Shown: positions 1 to 14,860, counted from the first letter of the stretch. The stretch: DNA of 64,000 nucleotides from Lama glama (GCA_028534125.1 CM052823.1:1922001-1986000); one strand, 5' to 3'. Notes: a model not told the origin generated them from the sequence alone. Program-made: numbers and translations.

Positions 1-3000
1 GGCCTGGCCCCTGGGGCATGCCGTCTGCTTAGTGGTGGGACGGCGCTCTGGAGGAGCTTTACCCCGCCCTGCCCACTGATAACCGATGTTCGTTCTGGAC
101 CTCTGATTTTCCTTTTTCTTAAATTGAGAATATGTACAGTATGCTTCTTATGACTCACAGAAGAAATGGCCTGGAAATTGGCTGTCTCACTGGTGTAAAC
201 ATCAAAGCATCATGCAGTCGCCTGTTTGTACTTGCGTTGTGTTTTTGTGACTTGTATAAGTATCCCCCACTCATCAACAATTAGGTTTTGGCTACTTAGC
301 TTTTACGAAAGACCTACGTTAGCACCTATTTTGATACCAAAAGACATCCTAGGTTGGTTTTTGCTTTTAGGAAAAAAAGCAAAAGGTGAGAAAAGCAGAC
401 AGCGTTTATTTTGCATGCAGAGCACCTTTGTAGAGGCCTTACCCTCTGAGCAGTGAGGCGGCCCCGCCAAGCTCCCTCCCAGGAACCACCCTCTGCATCT
501 CCGCGTTGAGCCACCGCAGCTCTAAAACGTGTCTGTGAGCATGTCTGCTTTACCTCCGTGCGTCAGTTAGCACAATGTGTCCTAGGGTCGTGGCTTTTCT
601 GCTTCACCCGCTTCAGCTTAGGGAAGGTTTCCTAGGTGCACTCTACTTTCAGTGGTGGGGGGACCTATGTGTGACTTGGTTGGCTCTGTCCTCGGTGTCG
701 TGCTGTTGTGTGCTGGGTTTTTTTCCTTTTAACAAAACGTATTTGTATTCACATCAGCCAGGGAATTGGCTTTAGAAAAGAGACGTGTGCTGTGAAGGTC
801 ACTCGCTTTACGCCGGTTCTTCACTTTGACAGAGGGATCCTGAAGGACAGTGCCCTGTGTCTTGTGGGGGAGACCCGCGGTCTCGGGTCACTGCCTCCAT
901 GACTGGGGGCTTCACATGGGACGTGTGGCTTGGGTAGGAAGGCAGCTGATTCTAAGTGATACACAGCAGTGAGGCAGAGGGTTTATTTCATTAATGGCAG
1001 AGCAGAATGGACCAAATGGAGAGGGCCTGAGAAAAGCAATTGATCAACTATGGAGTGGAGGCCGGCCCCCACACTAGGTCTGGGCAGGGTCAGCCACCTT
1101 CACATGACAGCAGGCTGTTGGAATGCGATTTTTCCTGGTGTACGGTTGACTCAGTGCGGCCTCCCCACCCGTTCCCCACCCCTGCTTCTCAGATTTTCAC
1201 TGACTCTGTCTGAACCCTGCTTGTCTTCTGAGTCAGTATTGGAGGGCTTCCTTTTCAGTCCTTTAAAATCTTAATTTGGATCAGGGTGAAATTTAGTGTT
1301 TGTTCACTCACAGCGTCACAGTTCCTGATCGTCAGCCTTTGTAGGGAGTTTGCATTTGGGGGACTTCGGGAGTTGATGGCCTTGGGAGATTCAGCTTTCT
1401 CAAACTAGTGATTGGTAGGATTTGTGACTGACTCCCTGTGGAGGATGGTGTTCTGTCATGCAACAAAAGATCTTGGTTATTAAAACAAGTAAAACTCATG
1501 TAATGTTTATATTGTTTTAAAAAAACTCATGTAATGTAATTTAAGCACATTTTGCAAAAACTTTTATGATGGGTGTTAACCTTCCATAGGTGTATCAGCG
1601 ATCCGAAGTGTGAAAATGCACTTCCAGCTGCTTTGTGACTGTCTGCGCCTTCACAGCTGGTGCGGCAGAAGAGTTCTTGCCAGTTCTCCACTCCCTGGGG
1701 GGAGTGTATGCTGAGGGTGCTCAGTGGGGGTTCAGTTTGCACCTCATCTGCTTTTTTGTTCTGCCTGTGGCCACACTTGGGGGTGGTATTCTGGCCTCCT
1801 CTCCCCTCCGGGAGGAAGGTGGGACACATGCTCCTGGCCGCCTGGCCTCCAGCCGTGGGACTTCTGTACCATCTGCAGGTGCCCCCCAGCGCGCTGTGGC
1901 AGTGGCAGGTCTCCGTCCCGTTGTCTCCACAGGACCAGGGAAGGACTTCCTAGGAGCGGAGCACCTGCTGTGGAGTGGACTGTTCACTCGGCGGGGGCTG
2001 GGGGACTGCCCCTCGTGTCCTCTGTGTGTCACTTGGCCTTTGGGCTTCTGTGTCTTAATTAGGAAATGTACTGTTTGGACTGGGTCGTCTGAAAGACTTT
2101 CCAGTTCCCAGCACATGGCGGCGGAGAGGCCGAGGCTGAGTCCGGAAAGATGACCAACGGGTCCAGTCCAGAGCGGGGAGGCCACGGGCCAGGCTGGAGA
2201 GGGCGGAGTGGGACTTCCCGGCCGCCCCCGTGGGCCACTGCCCTGTGACACAGCCCTGTTTCCTCAGACTGCCCCTCCTTGGACACTTCTTCCCTCCAGT
2301 CTGATCTTACTTCCACTCTTGATAAACAGACCAAAGGAGGGGGACACATCAGTCTCTCATTTCTCAATGCTTTTCACTCAGCCAGAGATCACCCCTCTAC
2401 CCCCAGTGCTTCCTGACAGAGCCTTTTCCTGTTTAAAGGGAACCCTGGACTCCCTGTTTCCCCTGACAGTTGGGATCTCATATTTGCCTGTGGTTACCCG
2501 AGACTGACTGATTTCGTTGCCTTTTAGGGCATCAAGAGAAGTTCTGTAGGGGACAATCTTGGGCTGTAGAAGGATGAAGAGATTAGGAGAGAAAGTTTCT
2601 CTAGTCAGAATACAGCTGTCTGAGGGCTAAGTTATATTCAGTTTCTTTTTCTGGTAGAGAAAGGAAAATGTCCCAAGTCGTTGAGTATCTTTTTACCTTA
2701 GAAAAAAGTGCAATCCCCCCCCCGCCCGTGGAGAAGGGAACCTTCACTGGTGACTGGTTGTTCAGTCAGCTGTGTTCGCTGTGTCCCCTTTGTCTTCCCC
2801 GTTTGCACTAGGGACTTGGGGAGCAGGGCCTGACCAGGTGGAGGTAGACCCGGCTTTGCTGGGCCCTCCAGCGCAGCGGGAAAGACGGCACTGAGCAGGT
2901 ACAGGTGCGGGGCTTATTTATTGGAGGACCAGCAGGCTTCTGACCTGGTCACTTGGCTGGAGTCAGGGACCCCCAGGGATGAGTAGGAGCTGGTGGGGAG

Positions 3001-4509
3001 GTGTCCTACCCAGGGCTCTGCTTTGAAAGACCCAGGATTGAGTGAGGGCCTGAGTAGCTGAAAGGCAGGTATGATGGGATCGAGGGGTGGAGTTGGGGTC
3101 AGAGGCAGGGCCCAGATGTGCAGCGTGCTCTGTGAGCGTTTAGACTCCACCCGGGAGCTACTGAGGAAAAGCTAGGGAGGAACCCTAAGCAGGGAGTCTA
3201 TGGGATTATGTTGGGTTTGGAGAAGACAGTGCTGTGGGGCCAAAGGGCTGGAGGGGCGGGGGAGTGGGTGCAGAGACCCATTGCAGGAGCACAGGTGAGC
3301 CGTGGTGGCCTGCTCAGAGGGACGGGGCTGGGTGGCTCTGTGACTGATGGAGGGGATGGGGACTGGGGAGTGGTCTGAGACGGTGCCCAGGTGCTGTGGC
3401 TGCAGCTGTAGGTAAAGGTGTGTGTGGGGCTCCGCGTGGAACTCAGAGCCCTTCGGGGACATCTAGGCAACCTGGGCCAGTGTCTCTGAGTGGAGGGTGG
3501 CCATGCCTGTCATCCTTAGCCTGGTGTCAGGGGGCTGGAGCATCATCCGTGTCCAGCGAGTATTTGCTGACCCAGCAGCTTTTAGTTTTGTTGATGGAAT
3601 GGGAAGGAGAGAGAATTTTACTCTTTCTAAAATTTATAATAGTTGTTGTGTTCGTCTTACGTAGAAATCTACCAGTACATTGTCACCATGAAAATCAAAC
3701 ATTATCTTCAGCATTGCAGCTGACCCGCTTTCTTCAGGCTATCTGTAATGTCTGTCTTCTAAGAGAATCTTAACGTAAGTGTTGCTTACAGTGAACCCCT
3801 CATGGTGTTTTGGTGGTTGTGATTTTGCTTTGCATCCTGAATGTTTTAAGTGTATATGAACTGTGTTGCACCCCAGTGGATATAACTCATAAAATGTTGC
3901 CTGTGACGTTTTGCATTCTGCAGAGCATCCCAAGCTCCAGCGCGGTCAGTGAAGGAATGTTGGCCAACTGAAAAAGGGTTAAAAACGCTGATCCTTGCCT
4001 CCTCTCAGTAACCTCCACCTCCGGTTTCCTGGCAGTAGACTGGTTCTCCCCTCCCTCCCACCCTCATGTCAGCTGGCTATTCTGAAGCGATAATTTCCTG
4101 AAAATATGAAACAGCAGTAGAATCTTGTAAGAAAAATCAGTTTAATCCTTCACTGTCTCAGGCTCTGTAGCATGACTGAAGTCCTTGGATTCCAGTGCCA
4201 CGCTCCCCACCCCATCCTGCTCCCTCTGGCCTTACCCACACGGGTTCTTGGCACCCTTATGTTCATCAAGTTACTGAGGCTAAAAACCCAGCAGTCATTC
4301 CCAAGCCTTGTCTTGCTTCGCCCACATGGCAGGGACTGCATGTCCAAAGCAGAACCCGGGTGCAGCCTCTTCCTCACTGTCTCTAGGCCCGTCTCTGTCA
4401 TTCCCTGAGCCACCCTCACTGCTTCCCGAGAGGTGGCATCCTCCAGCTCTGCCTCCATGCTACCCCCACAGCCTGCTTTCCTGATGGTAACAGATGACCT
4501 TGAAAAAGT

Positions 4510-5500
4510 GGTTAAAAATTTTTGGAAGCAGTTTTGGACTTACAGAAAAGTTGCAGATAGCAGTATAAAGAACTTCCTCAAGGATTTGAGAGTAAGTTGC
4601 TTACATGATACCCCATCCCCCTTGAATAGTTGAGAATATATTCCGTGCCAACAAGGTTAGTGTGTGTAACCACCTGTTGGCACAGTGCTGCCATCTGATC
4701 CTCCAGCCCCACTGAAGTGTCACGGATTCTGGTCTCCTGGATTCTGTCCTCCTTCGCAGCAAAGGAGCCTGCAGGGCCACACGCTGCACTTCCTTCTGTG
4801 CGAACAGTTCTGGCCGCTCCTTGACTTTTTTGACTGTGAAACCCTTGCAGGCCAGTCATTTTGTAGAAATTTAGGTTTATCTCCTATTTCCTCATGGTTA
4901 AATCCGGGTTACGTAACTTCAGCAGGAAAATCACAGAAGTGACACTTTTCTCGTTGTGTCCTTTGCGGTGACCCAGTTTCATTTTGTCGCATCACTGGTG
5001 ACGTTCACTCTGATCACAGACTTCACTGTTAAGTCACTTTCCCGCTTTTTGATCAGTAAGTATTTTGTTTGAATGTACTTTGAAATTATGTAAATACCCA
5101 TTTCTCATCAGATTTTTAAAGTTTATTAATATGTCATTGTGTACTCCTGATCCTGTTTTATTTAAGGGGCTGGATAATCTGTGACTCCCAGTAGTTATTT
5201 GGGGTCACCATCATCCTTGGAGCACCTTTTTCTTTTCGGGCACAACAGAACATTCCAGGCCCAGCCTGTGCTTTCCCGACCCAGCTTTGGAACTGACCAG
5301 GTTGCCCTGGTTTCTCTGCTGGAGAGCAGTAGTTAAAAACCAAGATCCACACTATATGCCTTTTGTCAGGGTGTTGCTGCCTCCAGCCCTCGCAGTAGAC
5401 GGAGCACTCACCCAGGTGTGTCTGTGGTCCCTACATCCACATATACTGAAAACCATGAGTTCACACTGATGCCTCCAGTTCTAATCCAGTATTACAGGGT
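4510..5500 (-). mobile_element. ancient L1 (L1MC/MD-like) 3' end fragment
   Basis: acttacagaaaagttgcagatagcagtataaagaacttcc and ggccagtcattttgtagaa resemble recalled L1MC 3' UTR; ends approximate. Confidence 0.6.
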
Positions 5501-6759
5501 GTATTCTTCTCCCTAATTCGTAACTCCCTTTTCTGACAGTGAGGACTGGCTTGCATTATCCTGAATCTGTGTTGGTATGTGACGGATCCTTCTGTATGTG
5601 GCAGATCTCCTGTCCCCCTGACCCAGTGTCATTACCCTGTTTGGTCTCTGACCCCACTCCGTGGGGCTCTGCCTACAGGGGGCGCTGGAGGGAGCCTGGA
5701 GGAGGGAGGAGGGACTTGCAGCTTCCTGCCTGCTTCCTCTTCCTTTGAGTGACACCTAAGCACCCTCTTCCCCTGGCAGGAAGGTCTGTGGTAGTGGGCA
5801 GCTAGTCCCAATTTGGGCGTTTTTCCACACTTTAGAGACCCGAGCATCAGCTGGCTAGCACACCCTCTCCGTTCCCTGGGTCCCCACCCTTAGGGCCTGC
5901 CTTTGTGCTTAGAGACCTCAGTGACCAGCAGACCCCCTCCCTCCCGGCCCCGAATTTCAGCTGTGCACAGCCCGTTGCCCAGGTTTCAGAGATTCCGGCT
6001 CCTTCCTTTGGTTCCCCAACCCTAAGGGCGGTGGTTGCTTCCTGCACCTGCTACCTTGTGATAATTCAGTGTTCCCGTTCGCTTTGTTAGTTACCTAGCT
6101 GACAGTCATTTCTGTTGAATTCCTTCAGATACCTGGTCTGGTTTCTGTCTGTTGACTCCATCTAGTGCGAACGGCAGGTTCCCTGACATGGATGACACCC
6201 CTCTTTGTCCTTTTCTCGGGTTTAAGTCCTCCGACCTTCCTTCGTCCCCTTGTGTCAGATTGATTTCATGGCTTCTCAGTACTTGTGTGGATAGCAGGGT
6301 GGTCTGCTGCTGTGATTAAATTTTCTATTCTGGTTTTAGCTGATGCAGTCTTAATGACTTTTACACACCACTGCAGTACTTTTACTATGTCCTTAGAACT
6401 GTGTTGAAATATTTAGCATTTTTCAAAACTAATGCTTTTCTCTGGATCCTTTTCAGTGCCCTCTGTTTTTATAAATGAGATTTCATTCACGTAGTTGATT
6501 TCCTGTTGCCTGATTTTCTCAGTTTCTTTATCTTAGGACTTGACTTTCCTGAGTGGAAGCTACGGCTTCCCCGGGTCCCACTGCCAAGTAGGGAGGAGTA
6601 GGCAGGACCAGGTAACGGACCGCTGGACCACTGAATTATGTACAGGCGATTAAAACTAGGAATGAAGATAAACACTTCGTATCATGCTCCACAATACTCT
6701 CAACAACAAATAATGGGTTGACTATTTTAAAAAGCCATTTAGCCAAAAATAGGATTGAC

Positions 6760-7560
6760 TGTTAGATCTTGAAAGAGTTTATAACTTTCTAAGCCTTAAT
6801 AACAAAATGACAAAAGAAAAATGAATTTAGTTTTACTAAAAGTGATACTTTTATTAATAAAAGTAATAATTGCTATAAAATAAAAATAACATAATTCAGA
6901 TAAGAAAGGCAACAGAATGGAGAATGATGTTTACAGCTGTTATGACCAACAGAGCCAAAGTAAAGCACTTACACAGCCGATTACAGACGCTCAAGACGTG
7001 ATCGGTGAGCACATGTTATGAATGGATGATTAACATCATGGGGCACACAGCCGGGTATAGGAGGACATTATCTCATCAGGCACCAAAGGGCCGTCATTTT
7101 CAAAGGAAGAGACAACAGCGTGTGGTATTAGGGGGATGTGTGACTCAGGAGATGCAGTTTGGAAGGCCGATTAGGAACCAGAAAAAATGTTAGCACCCTT
7201 TGGAGAGTCCTGGAGTTTCATCCTAAAAATTAATTTAAAATAGTAAAAAAAAAAAAATCTGTGTGCATGAAAATGTTCATTGCAGATTTATTCACCATAA
7301 GAAAATAATTTTAAAATTTTGAGTGTTTAACCTCTGTATTCAGCAAACACACAATTTTTAGTCACTGTGTGTCAACTTAGTGAAATATGCAACTGTTACA
7401 ATGATAGTTGAGTAGTACAGAAACATGGAAAGTGCAAGAAGTGAAATAAAAGCAGAAAAAAATAGCTGTGCAAACACCGTGTCTGGTCACGGGCTGGAGT
7501 GGGAGCACACGCAGCTACAAGGCTCATAGCACGGTTATGGGTGGGGTTTCTTTGGTTTCC
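6760..7560 (+). mobile_element. degraded old L1 fragment
   Basis: A-rich, with remnants such as aaaatgttcattgcagatttattcaccataag; ends approximate. Confidence 0.45.
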
Positions 7561-8535
7561 ATGAATATTGCCAGTTGATTTGCACATTTAAAACGTAGCT
7601 AGCAAGTCTTGCGGGTCTTTGGGTTTTGCAGAACAGTCCGGAATGACGTGTGGAGCCGCTGCTGGAGGGGCATTTCCACCATGGGCGCCCGGTGTGGTCC
7701 GTAGTGTGGGCTCATCGCAGCTGACCGTCGGCACTGCTGCTTCCCAGACTCTCTCCGTCAGTGAAACGGAGCAAAAGTCAGATTTGTTGGGAGTGTTGTT
7801 CTTCACAGTACAATTAAAGGCACCCTTTGTTTCCCCCAAAAGACCCCAAGAAGGGTGGTGGTCTTAGTGGCTGTGTGAGGTACATATTTATCCATTAGGT
7901 ATTTGGGGGATGGATATTTTGGGTAATATTTGAAAGAAAGAAAGATGAGTTGTAGGTGATCTTTTAAGTTCTAGCTGAAGTGTTTTCATTAGCCTGGCTT
8001 TCCCCCTCCCCATAATTCAGGCCCTGTGTGTTCTGTTCCCCAGCTCTGTGCTGGGAGCGTTTACAGTGACGGTGGTAGCACTCCTCTGTGATAGGCACCA
8101 GGAACTTTCTGGTGCTCTGTCTGTGGTTCCTTGGATCAGTGAATCTCGATGTCAGACTGTAGTCTTAGGAAGAACTATTGAAGGAGAAAAAAATGTAGAA
8201 TTAGGTTAATAATATGGAGCTCAGTTAGAAGCCCAGGAAATCCAGGTAGCAGGTTTGGGGGAGGTACTTGTAGGTGCACAAGTGGTTGTAAGAAGCAGCG
8301 CAGGAAGAGCTCTCGCACGTTCTGCCCAGCTTCCCCCAGTGGGAGTGCTTGCAAAGCTGTGATGGTGGAGGATGTGAAAAAGAGCCACAGGGAACAGGTG
8401 AAGCTTAGCATGAGCATGGTTGTACGTCTGGAGGTGAAACTAAGAACAGGGGTGAGAGATACGAGTGAGCGAACGCTGGGCTGAGGGCGGGATGGACAGT
8501 GGTCAGGAGGGCTGCTTCTGGAGTCAGAGCACGTG

Positions 8536-9010
8536 GCTTCCACTCCTGGGGCTGCTGTGACAAATTACCACAAACTGGGGGGCTTAACATAGCAGAGATT
8601 TTTTTCTTTCCTCTCACAGTTCTTGAGGCCAGAATTCCAAAGTCAAGGTGTCAGCAGGGCCATGCTCCTTCGGAAGCTCCAGCGGCTAGCTAGTCTGCCC
8701 CGTCTCTTCCCACTTTCAGGGGTGTTGGCAGGTTTTGGTGTTCCTTGCTTGTAACTGAATCACTTGAATCTGTGCCTCCATCTTCACGTGAATTTGGACC
8801 AAAGACACGGAGACTTTCCCCTCTGTGTCTTTGGTCCAAATTCCTTCCTTTTATAAGGACACCAGTCCTGCTGGATTTAGGGTCCATCTCATTCCCGTGT
8901 GTGCCTTCATCTTAACTTGATTATATCTGCAGAGACCCCACTTCCAGATAAGGTTACATCCACAGGTTCTGGGTGGACATGACTTGGGGGGCACCATCCA
9001 GCACAGGACA
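8536..9010 (-). mobile_element. MLT1-family (ERVL-MaLR) solo LTR
   Basis: Hallmark segments ggctgctgtgacaaattaccacaaactggggggctta, ctcacagttct..gaggccaga, tcaaggtgtcagcagggccatgctcc, ttataaggacaccagtc, aaggttacatccacaggttctggg. Confidence 0.85.
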
Positions 9011-9565
9011 CTTTCCACTGAAACCTGGCTCGGTTTCCTCCCTGAGGATGGACGTGCGGACCACGGAGAGCATTGTGGGGTGCTGCTCCCAGCCCTGAGT
9101 GAGGTTACTGTTAGGGGCTCTGTGTGGTTATCAAGGATGGTTTCCGCGCTTTGGAGATACCATTGTCCTGGAGAATGTCTTGTGTCCCAGCTGCCCTGTG
9201 GCTCGGGGAGCTCGATGGTATCCAGTGCTGGTGCTTGTGTCTCAGTGGTGGCTGTGGACCAGTGGAGTGCCCTGGTCAGTCGCTTGCTCAGTGGGACAGC
9301 TTAGCTGTAGTGATTTTTACCAGGGGATCTTTGTTGTGATGGCATTTGTCATAACAGATATATTGAAGCACAGGTGCCAGTGTAAATGTCCATGTTAATT
9401 TACCCTAAATACCGACTTACCCAAACTTCACGTTTTAAAAAATATTCATTTAAAAAGTAAACTTTTTCAAAAAAAAATAGTATAACTTAATGGAATGCCC
9501 CAGTCAATTAAAATTTTATATATTATCAACTTACTGAATTGTTAATTTTACTTTTTTTTTTTTAA

Positions 9566-9748
<183 letters not shown>

Positions 9749-11029
9749 TGATTTGGGGATGAGATAATTATCGGTATCATTTGGAGATTTCTTGGTGGAT
9801 GAAATCTGAAAGATAGAATTAAGAAGAGAAAAATAAAAACGAAAGCTGGTGACTGGTGAATTACCCTGAATATTGTCTGGACCAAAATAGTTCTTACAGA
9901 CAAACAAGTTCCTAAAAGTTCCGTTTGTCAATTGAAAACCGTCTTGGCAGCCATCTCCTAAAAAAGATGCAAGGGGTGGCATCGCGGTGGTCCTCATCGT
10001 TCGCAGCTTGCTCACCATGCATCAGTCCTGGTCCCGGGTGTGCGTCCGGTGCCTGCATTATTAGGAGGAGAGCAGCTTGTCCCCCAGGTCCCTCACCAGC
10101 CACGGCACGTTGCCTCCCCGTGGCCTTGGGCGTGTTGTCCCCCCTGCCCTGGCTGGACAGCCAGGCGGGGAGGCCGCAGGCTCTGTGTGCAGCACCTGCC
10201 TCGGCGGAGGGGCTGTTCTGCCCCAACCTAGACTGCCAGTTGCCCCCGCGGACTAGGGTCTCAGGATCGGGTGGCTTTGCAGTTAGTCATTTAATTGGAA
10301 GGCATGACTCCTCTCTGAGGTTTTAGCCTTAGCGCGCTGAGCCTGGGGGCTGTGCGTGGTCCTGGCAGGGGAGTCCAGCGGTGAAACGCTCTGGGTCACA
10401 TCACGGCCGCGTGTGTGCTCTGCCCAGCCCTGTAAAGGGCTCCCGCTGTGAGACGGCGTTCGTTGTGCAGGGCGCACACTGTATGCTGTGCAAACCACGC
10501 ATGAACGGGAGCAAAGCAGCAGTTTCACGAGGTGGCTGCTGGGCTCTGAAGTGTCTCAGAAGACGTCTCAGCATTTGATGATCCTTCAGCTGCCAACACC
10601 TGACAACGGCGTGGCTTTATCTGCGGGGCTTCAGTAGGGAGCACAGGAAGTCTCCTCCAAAACGCTTCCAGTGCCTGGATGAGAGAGCTCTGGCCTGCTG
10701 AGCGGACGTGGGCAGCTGTGTCCTCGTTTCTTCCTTGGAAACTCCCTGGCTTCACATCAGACCCCAGCCCCAAGTTCTTTGGCGAGCCCCTGCCCCGTCC
10801 TCATGCCTCCCTCCCCCAACACAGCCTCGTCTTCGTACTCCCTGCTTCCCCAAGCAGTGGGTGGAGGGAGCGGTGCCCCTGGGGGGCCACTTTGGTGGCC
10901 GCCTTGTCCCCTGGGATGGCAGCTCCTCCCAGGCCAAGCTCAGAATGACCCTGGCTCTGGGACTCCCTGGCCAGACTTGGCTCTGGGCTGCCATGGGACA
11001 GGGAGGTTGTTGGCTGCTGCTGCTGCTTT

Positions 11030-11250
11030 TTTTTTTTTTAATTGAGATATAATTACATGTAAAATACACAGATTGGAAGTGTATGGTCTGAGTTAAGACA
11101 GATGTCTACACCTGTGTAACCAGCACCTCAATTGATATAAAGCATTTCTGTTTCCTAGAAAGTTCCTTCCTGTTTCTTTCCAGACCCCCCACCTCCTGTA
11201 AGCCCCACCTCCCCAGGTGGCAACTCTCCTGATTTCCACCAGTAGGGAAC
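11030..11250 (-). mobile_element. L1M 3' end fragment
   Basis: poly-T then aattgagatataattacatgtaaaatacacagat...cacctgtgtaaccagcacc...ctagaaagttccttc. Confidence 0.7.
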
Positions 11251-12938
11251 TTAGTTTAAAGGTACACGGGCAAATTGAGTTCTGCAGAGAAATGGCACAG
11301 CTCTGAGCTCTAGGTGGAAACGTGATGATGTAGATACGGTTCATGGTGTTGTTTAGTGAGAAGAAGGAGAAAGCCTTTTAACATGAAAACCCCATTCAGT
11401 TCAGTGTATGTGTTCGCTGACTGTCTCCCTTGGTCCAGGAGCTGTGTCAGGCTGTGGGCCCACGACCAGCGAGCCCCAGCGTGCGGCGCTCTGTGACGAC
11501 AGTCGGCCCCTGGAGGGTCAGGAGGGGCAGGAAGAGACTTGGGGCCAGAGAGGGAGAATGAGAGGACAGGAGAGAACGCTGTCTTGCTAAAATAGTTTAC
11601 CGTTATTTTTAGGGCCTCCTTTGCCAGAGAACTTAATGTAAAACTCGGTTTTCTGAGTTTCAGGAAGATGGCATTGATCACCTTTCAGGTTCCCCTCAGA
11701 CTGAGAGAAACACGCCCTCGCGCGGGCCTCGCGCGGGCCTCTGCGCAGCCCTCGGCTGCTCGCCTTTGCCTTTGCTCCCTCTCCAGGCCTTCGCAGCTTC
11801 TTTGTGCCCCGCCCAAGTCATCCCCTCCTCCCTCTCTGGGCCCCGCACACCAGCCCTCCTCGCCCGGCGTCCCTGGCCACCTGGCTGCCCTCCCTGCTGT
11901 AGCTGGAATTTGGGGTTCTGAGCTCATGTTAGTGCCACCACCGTTGTTCCCTGGGATGTTCTTATAATCACGTAGCTGAAATGTGCCCAGTTCAGCTTCT
12001 GCCTCTTACAACACCAGGCAGATCACAGAAAAGAGGACACTCTTGGGACCAGACATGTCCTTCACCTGTGGATCTAGTTGAACTATTTTCCCTAGTGACC
12101 AGCCCGGGAAGGTGCGGCCTGTGCCTCTGCCGCGGTGCACAGGTGTGTGTGCCCACAGTGCTGAGCCGTGCGTGGGCTGTTTGAGAGCCCTGCCCCTAGA
12201 CTTTGCAGGGTCCGCAACACAGTTGTATGTCACGTGTAGTCAGTGCGTGACGCTCACACCTTAAAGTTGCAACACCCCACACACACGCAGAGTTTAGAGA
12301 AATGCTTCTAGACTATGGTTTAAACAAGGGTGGAAATGCGGGCCGTTGCCCTTCTTCAGCACAGCGGCTTTGGGAACACCCTCTTTCCCCCGTCAGTGTC
12401 TCCGGGACGGCGGTCCAGGGAGCTCCTTCCGCCCGGGTACGCCTCTGGAGGGCTAGTTCCCAGCTGTGTAGTGTGCTTCCCGGGGTTTTGTTTTTGGGGC
12501 GACAGAAGCTGGCAGTTGATGGCTGTGCTGGGTGCCCTGCTCAGCACCCCAGGCCTCAGGTATTTTCAAAGACGTGAGCACCTCGAAACCTTCCGGCCAC
12601 CAGCGGCATGGCTGCTCCACTGGGACATGAGAACCTGGGGCCAGGAATGGTGGGCCTGGTCACAGTGGGCTGGGAGCTCCGCTTGAATCCCGCCTGCCTG
12701 ACCAGAGCCCCCATGTCCAGCGGCTCTGCCCTGCTGTTTCGCTTGTTCCTGGAATGACTTAAAAGGAAGCAGAGCTGTGCAAGCTGTGTTTAGAAACAGT
12801 TTCAAAGTAACAGAGCTGCTGTGTGGAGAGAAGGGCTCACAGAACAGTCTGACCCCCTTACCGCACCCCCTTTTGTTGACATTTTATTTCATTTGCTTGA
12901 TCATGTTATAGCTGAGCTCTGCTGGTGCCCTCCCTCCG

Positions 12939-12973
12939 TCTCTCTCTCTCTCTTTCTCTTTCTCCCTCTCTCT

Positions 12974-13006
<33 letters not shown>
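12939..13006. repeat. compound microsatellite, imperfect (TC)n + perfect (GT)15
   Basis: read directly; (GT)15 at 12977-13006. Confidence 0.97.
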
Positions 13007-13008
<2 letters not shown>

Positions 13009-14204
13009 CTTTTACAAAACCGCGGGGGCTAATAAAGGCTCTTGACCCCTAATACTTCGGGGCCTGCTTTTTAATAGGGACTGTCTTTTGCATAACCACA
13101 GTTCATGAACTTCACTTTGAAGTGGATGGAATACTTCTAATCCAGTCTGCTGTCCTACCCCGGCTTTGTGTTGGCCCAGTGATGCCCTGTTTTCCCTTTT
13201 CCCTCCTTCACTGGGGGGGCTGCTCTCATGCTCCAGAATCATTTTTTAATGTTTTGTAAAATTATTTTGATTTTTATTTGTTTGTTGAAATGTCTGGTTT
13301 TGAAGGTATTTTTAGGATCATCATCTCTCTTTGAAGCAATTACGACTAAGTTTTTTGACCAGGGAGAAATTTATGGCAAACCAAACTAGATTATTTTTTT
13401 TTAAGAAATTGTTTCTTTTAAAGTTGTAGAGAAAACTTGTTGGTTTGGGGTTTTTTTTTAACATTAAATTTTATTTCTGCATTTCACTTTTACATATTCT
13501 TGATTTGCCAAGTGTTTTCCATGGACAGTTACGTTCTTTTTCCTTCTGCGTATTTTATCAGAGCCATCCTGAATGTTTTCTGAAGGTCTGTTCCCTGATA
13601 AGCCTCTCCTAAAGATTTAGGCTTCCTTGTGTTCTGAATCTCATCGTCAGCAGGTTCTGGATCACTCATGACACTTGGCATTTTCAAATTTTGTTATTTT
13701 CCTCAAATGTATCAGCTCTACCATTCTTGCCAAGTTAGATCATTTCTGTACTATGTAGCTTTTTTTAAATACCGATACCTCACCTGTCTAGATGGTAGCT
13801 GGTTCCCAGGAAGACATAGATGCTTCTGACGTGATGACAGGCATGTGTCCGGAGTTCGGAGACCTCCCAGCGTCTTTATTTAGGCTCTGTTTATTCTTGA
13901 TTTATTCAGAGTCGTAGGGAGTTTGGCCTGTGGTCTCTCAGACAACAGCCACTAGACAGCAGCTCAGGTGTGGTGTGATGAGGGAGAGGCATGTGGAGTG
14001 GCGTCGAGGGGGTGACGGGGGGCGGTGGCGGAGGATGATTTCAGGGCTCACATGGGCAGGGGACCCGGCTGGAAGCTCAGCCCTGCACAGGCTCCGGGGT
14101 CACACCAGAGCACGCCCACGTGAACCCGTCCTCAGGCTCAGGGAGGGTTATAGTTGCAGGGGACCGTCATTAGCGCAGTCGTTACAAAGCCTGCCCGAGG
14201 GGAA

Positions 14205-14360
14205 GGCCTGTCTAACCTTTCTGAGCCGCAGGTTCCACATCTGTAAAGTAAAGACACTAAAGATGGCCACAATCCAGGACTGTGGAGAGGGCTCATGAGA
14301 GAGTGTGGCCGTGCTGCTCGGCACATCCCCAGCACATGGAAAGTGTGTGTGAGCTCTTGT
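14205..14360 (+). mobile_element. MIR SINE fragment
   Basis: aacctttctgagccgcaggttccacatctgtaaag resembles the MIR core. Confidence 0.6.
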
Positions 14361-14759
14361 GGTTACTTTGACGATGTTGTTCTGTGGTGTGTGTTGTTTA
14401 GGAAGCAAGGAAGTAAATAATTCACTTTCAGAACTCTTCGTCCCATATCTGCACTGTGGCTGCCTGCCATTCGCAGCGAAAAGGTATAGAAGTTACCTTC
14501 ACTGCCAGTACGGTTTTGTGATGGGGACTTAGGTCAGCGGATGATTGATTTATGTAGTGTAGAACGTGCCGTTGGTTGGGGCAGACGTCACATGTGCTGG
14601 CAGCAGTGAAAGAGCTTATTTGAGACTTAATGGTGACCAGGGGTCCAAGAGGGCTTCCTGGAAGAGGTGGCATTTGAGATGTACCTTGGAGAACATGGCT
14701 GACAGCCAGCACGCTAAGTGCTGTGTACCTCACTCCATTCCCAGCAGGTTAAACGTATC

Positions 14760-14860
14760 GGCTGATCTGACCCTCACAGCAGTCTTAGGCCGGCCTGCTG
14801 CCATTTTCTGGTTGGAGAAACTGAGGCACAAAGAAGTGAATTTGCCCAAGCTACACTCCA
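14760..14860 (-). mobile_element. MIR SINE fragment
   Basis: gagaaactgaggcacaaagaagtgaatttgcccaagctacac. Confidence 0.65.
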
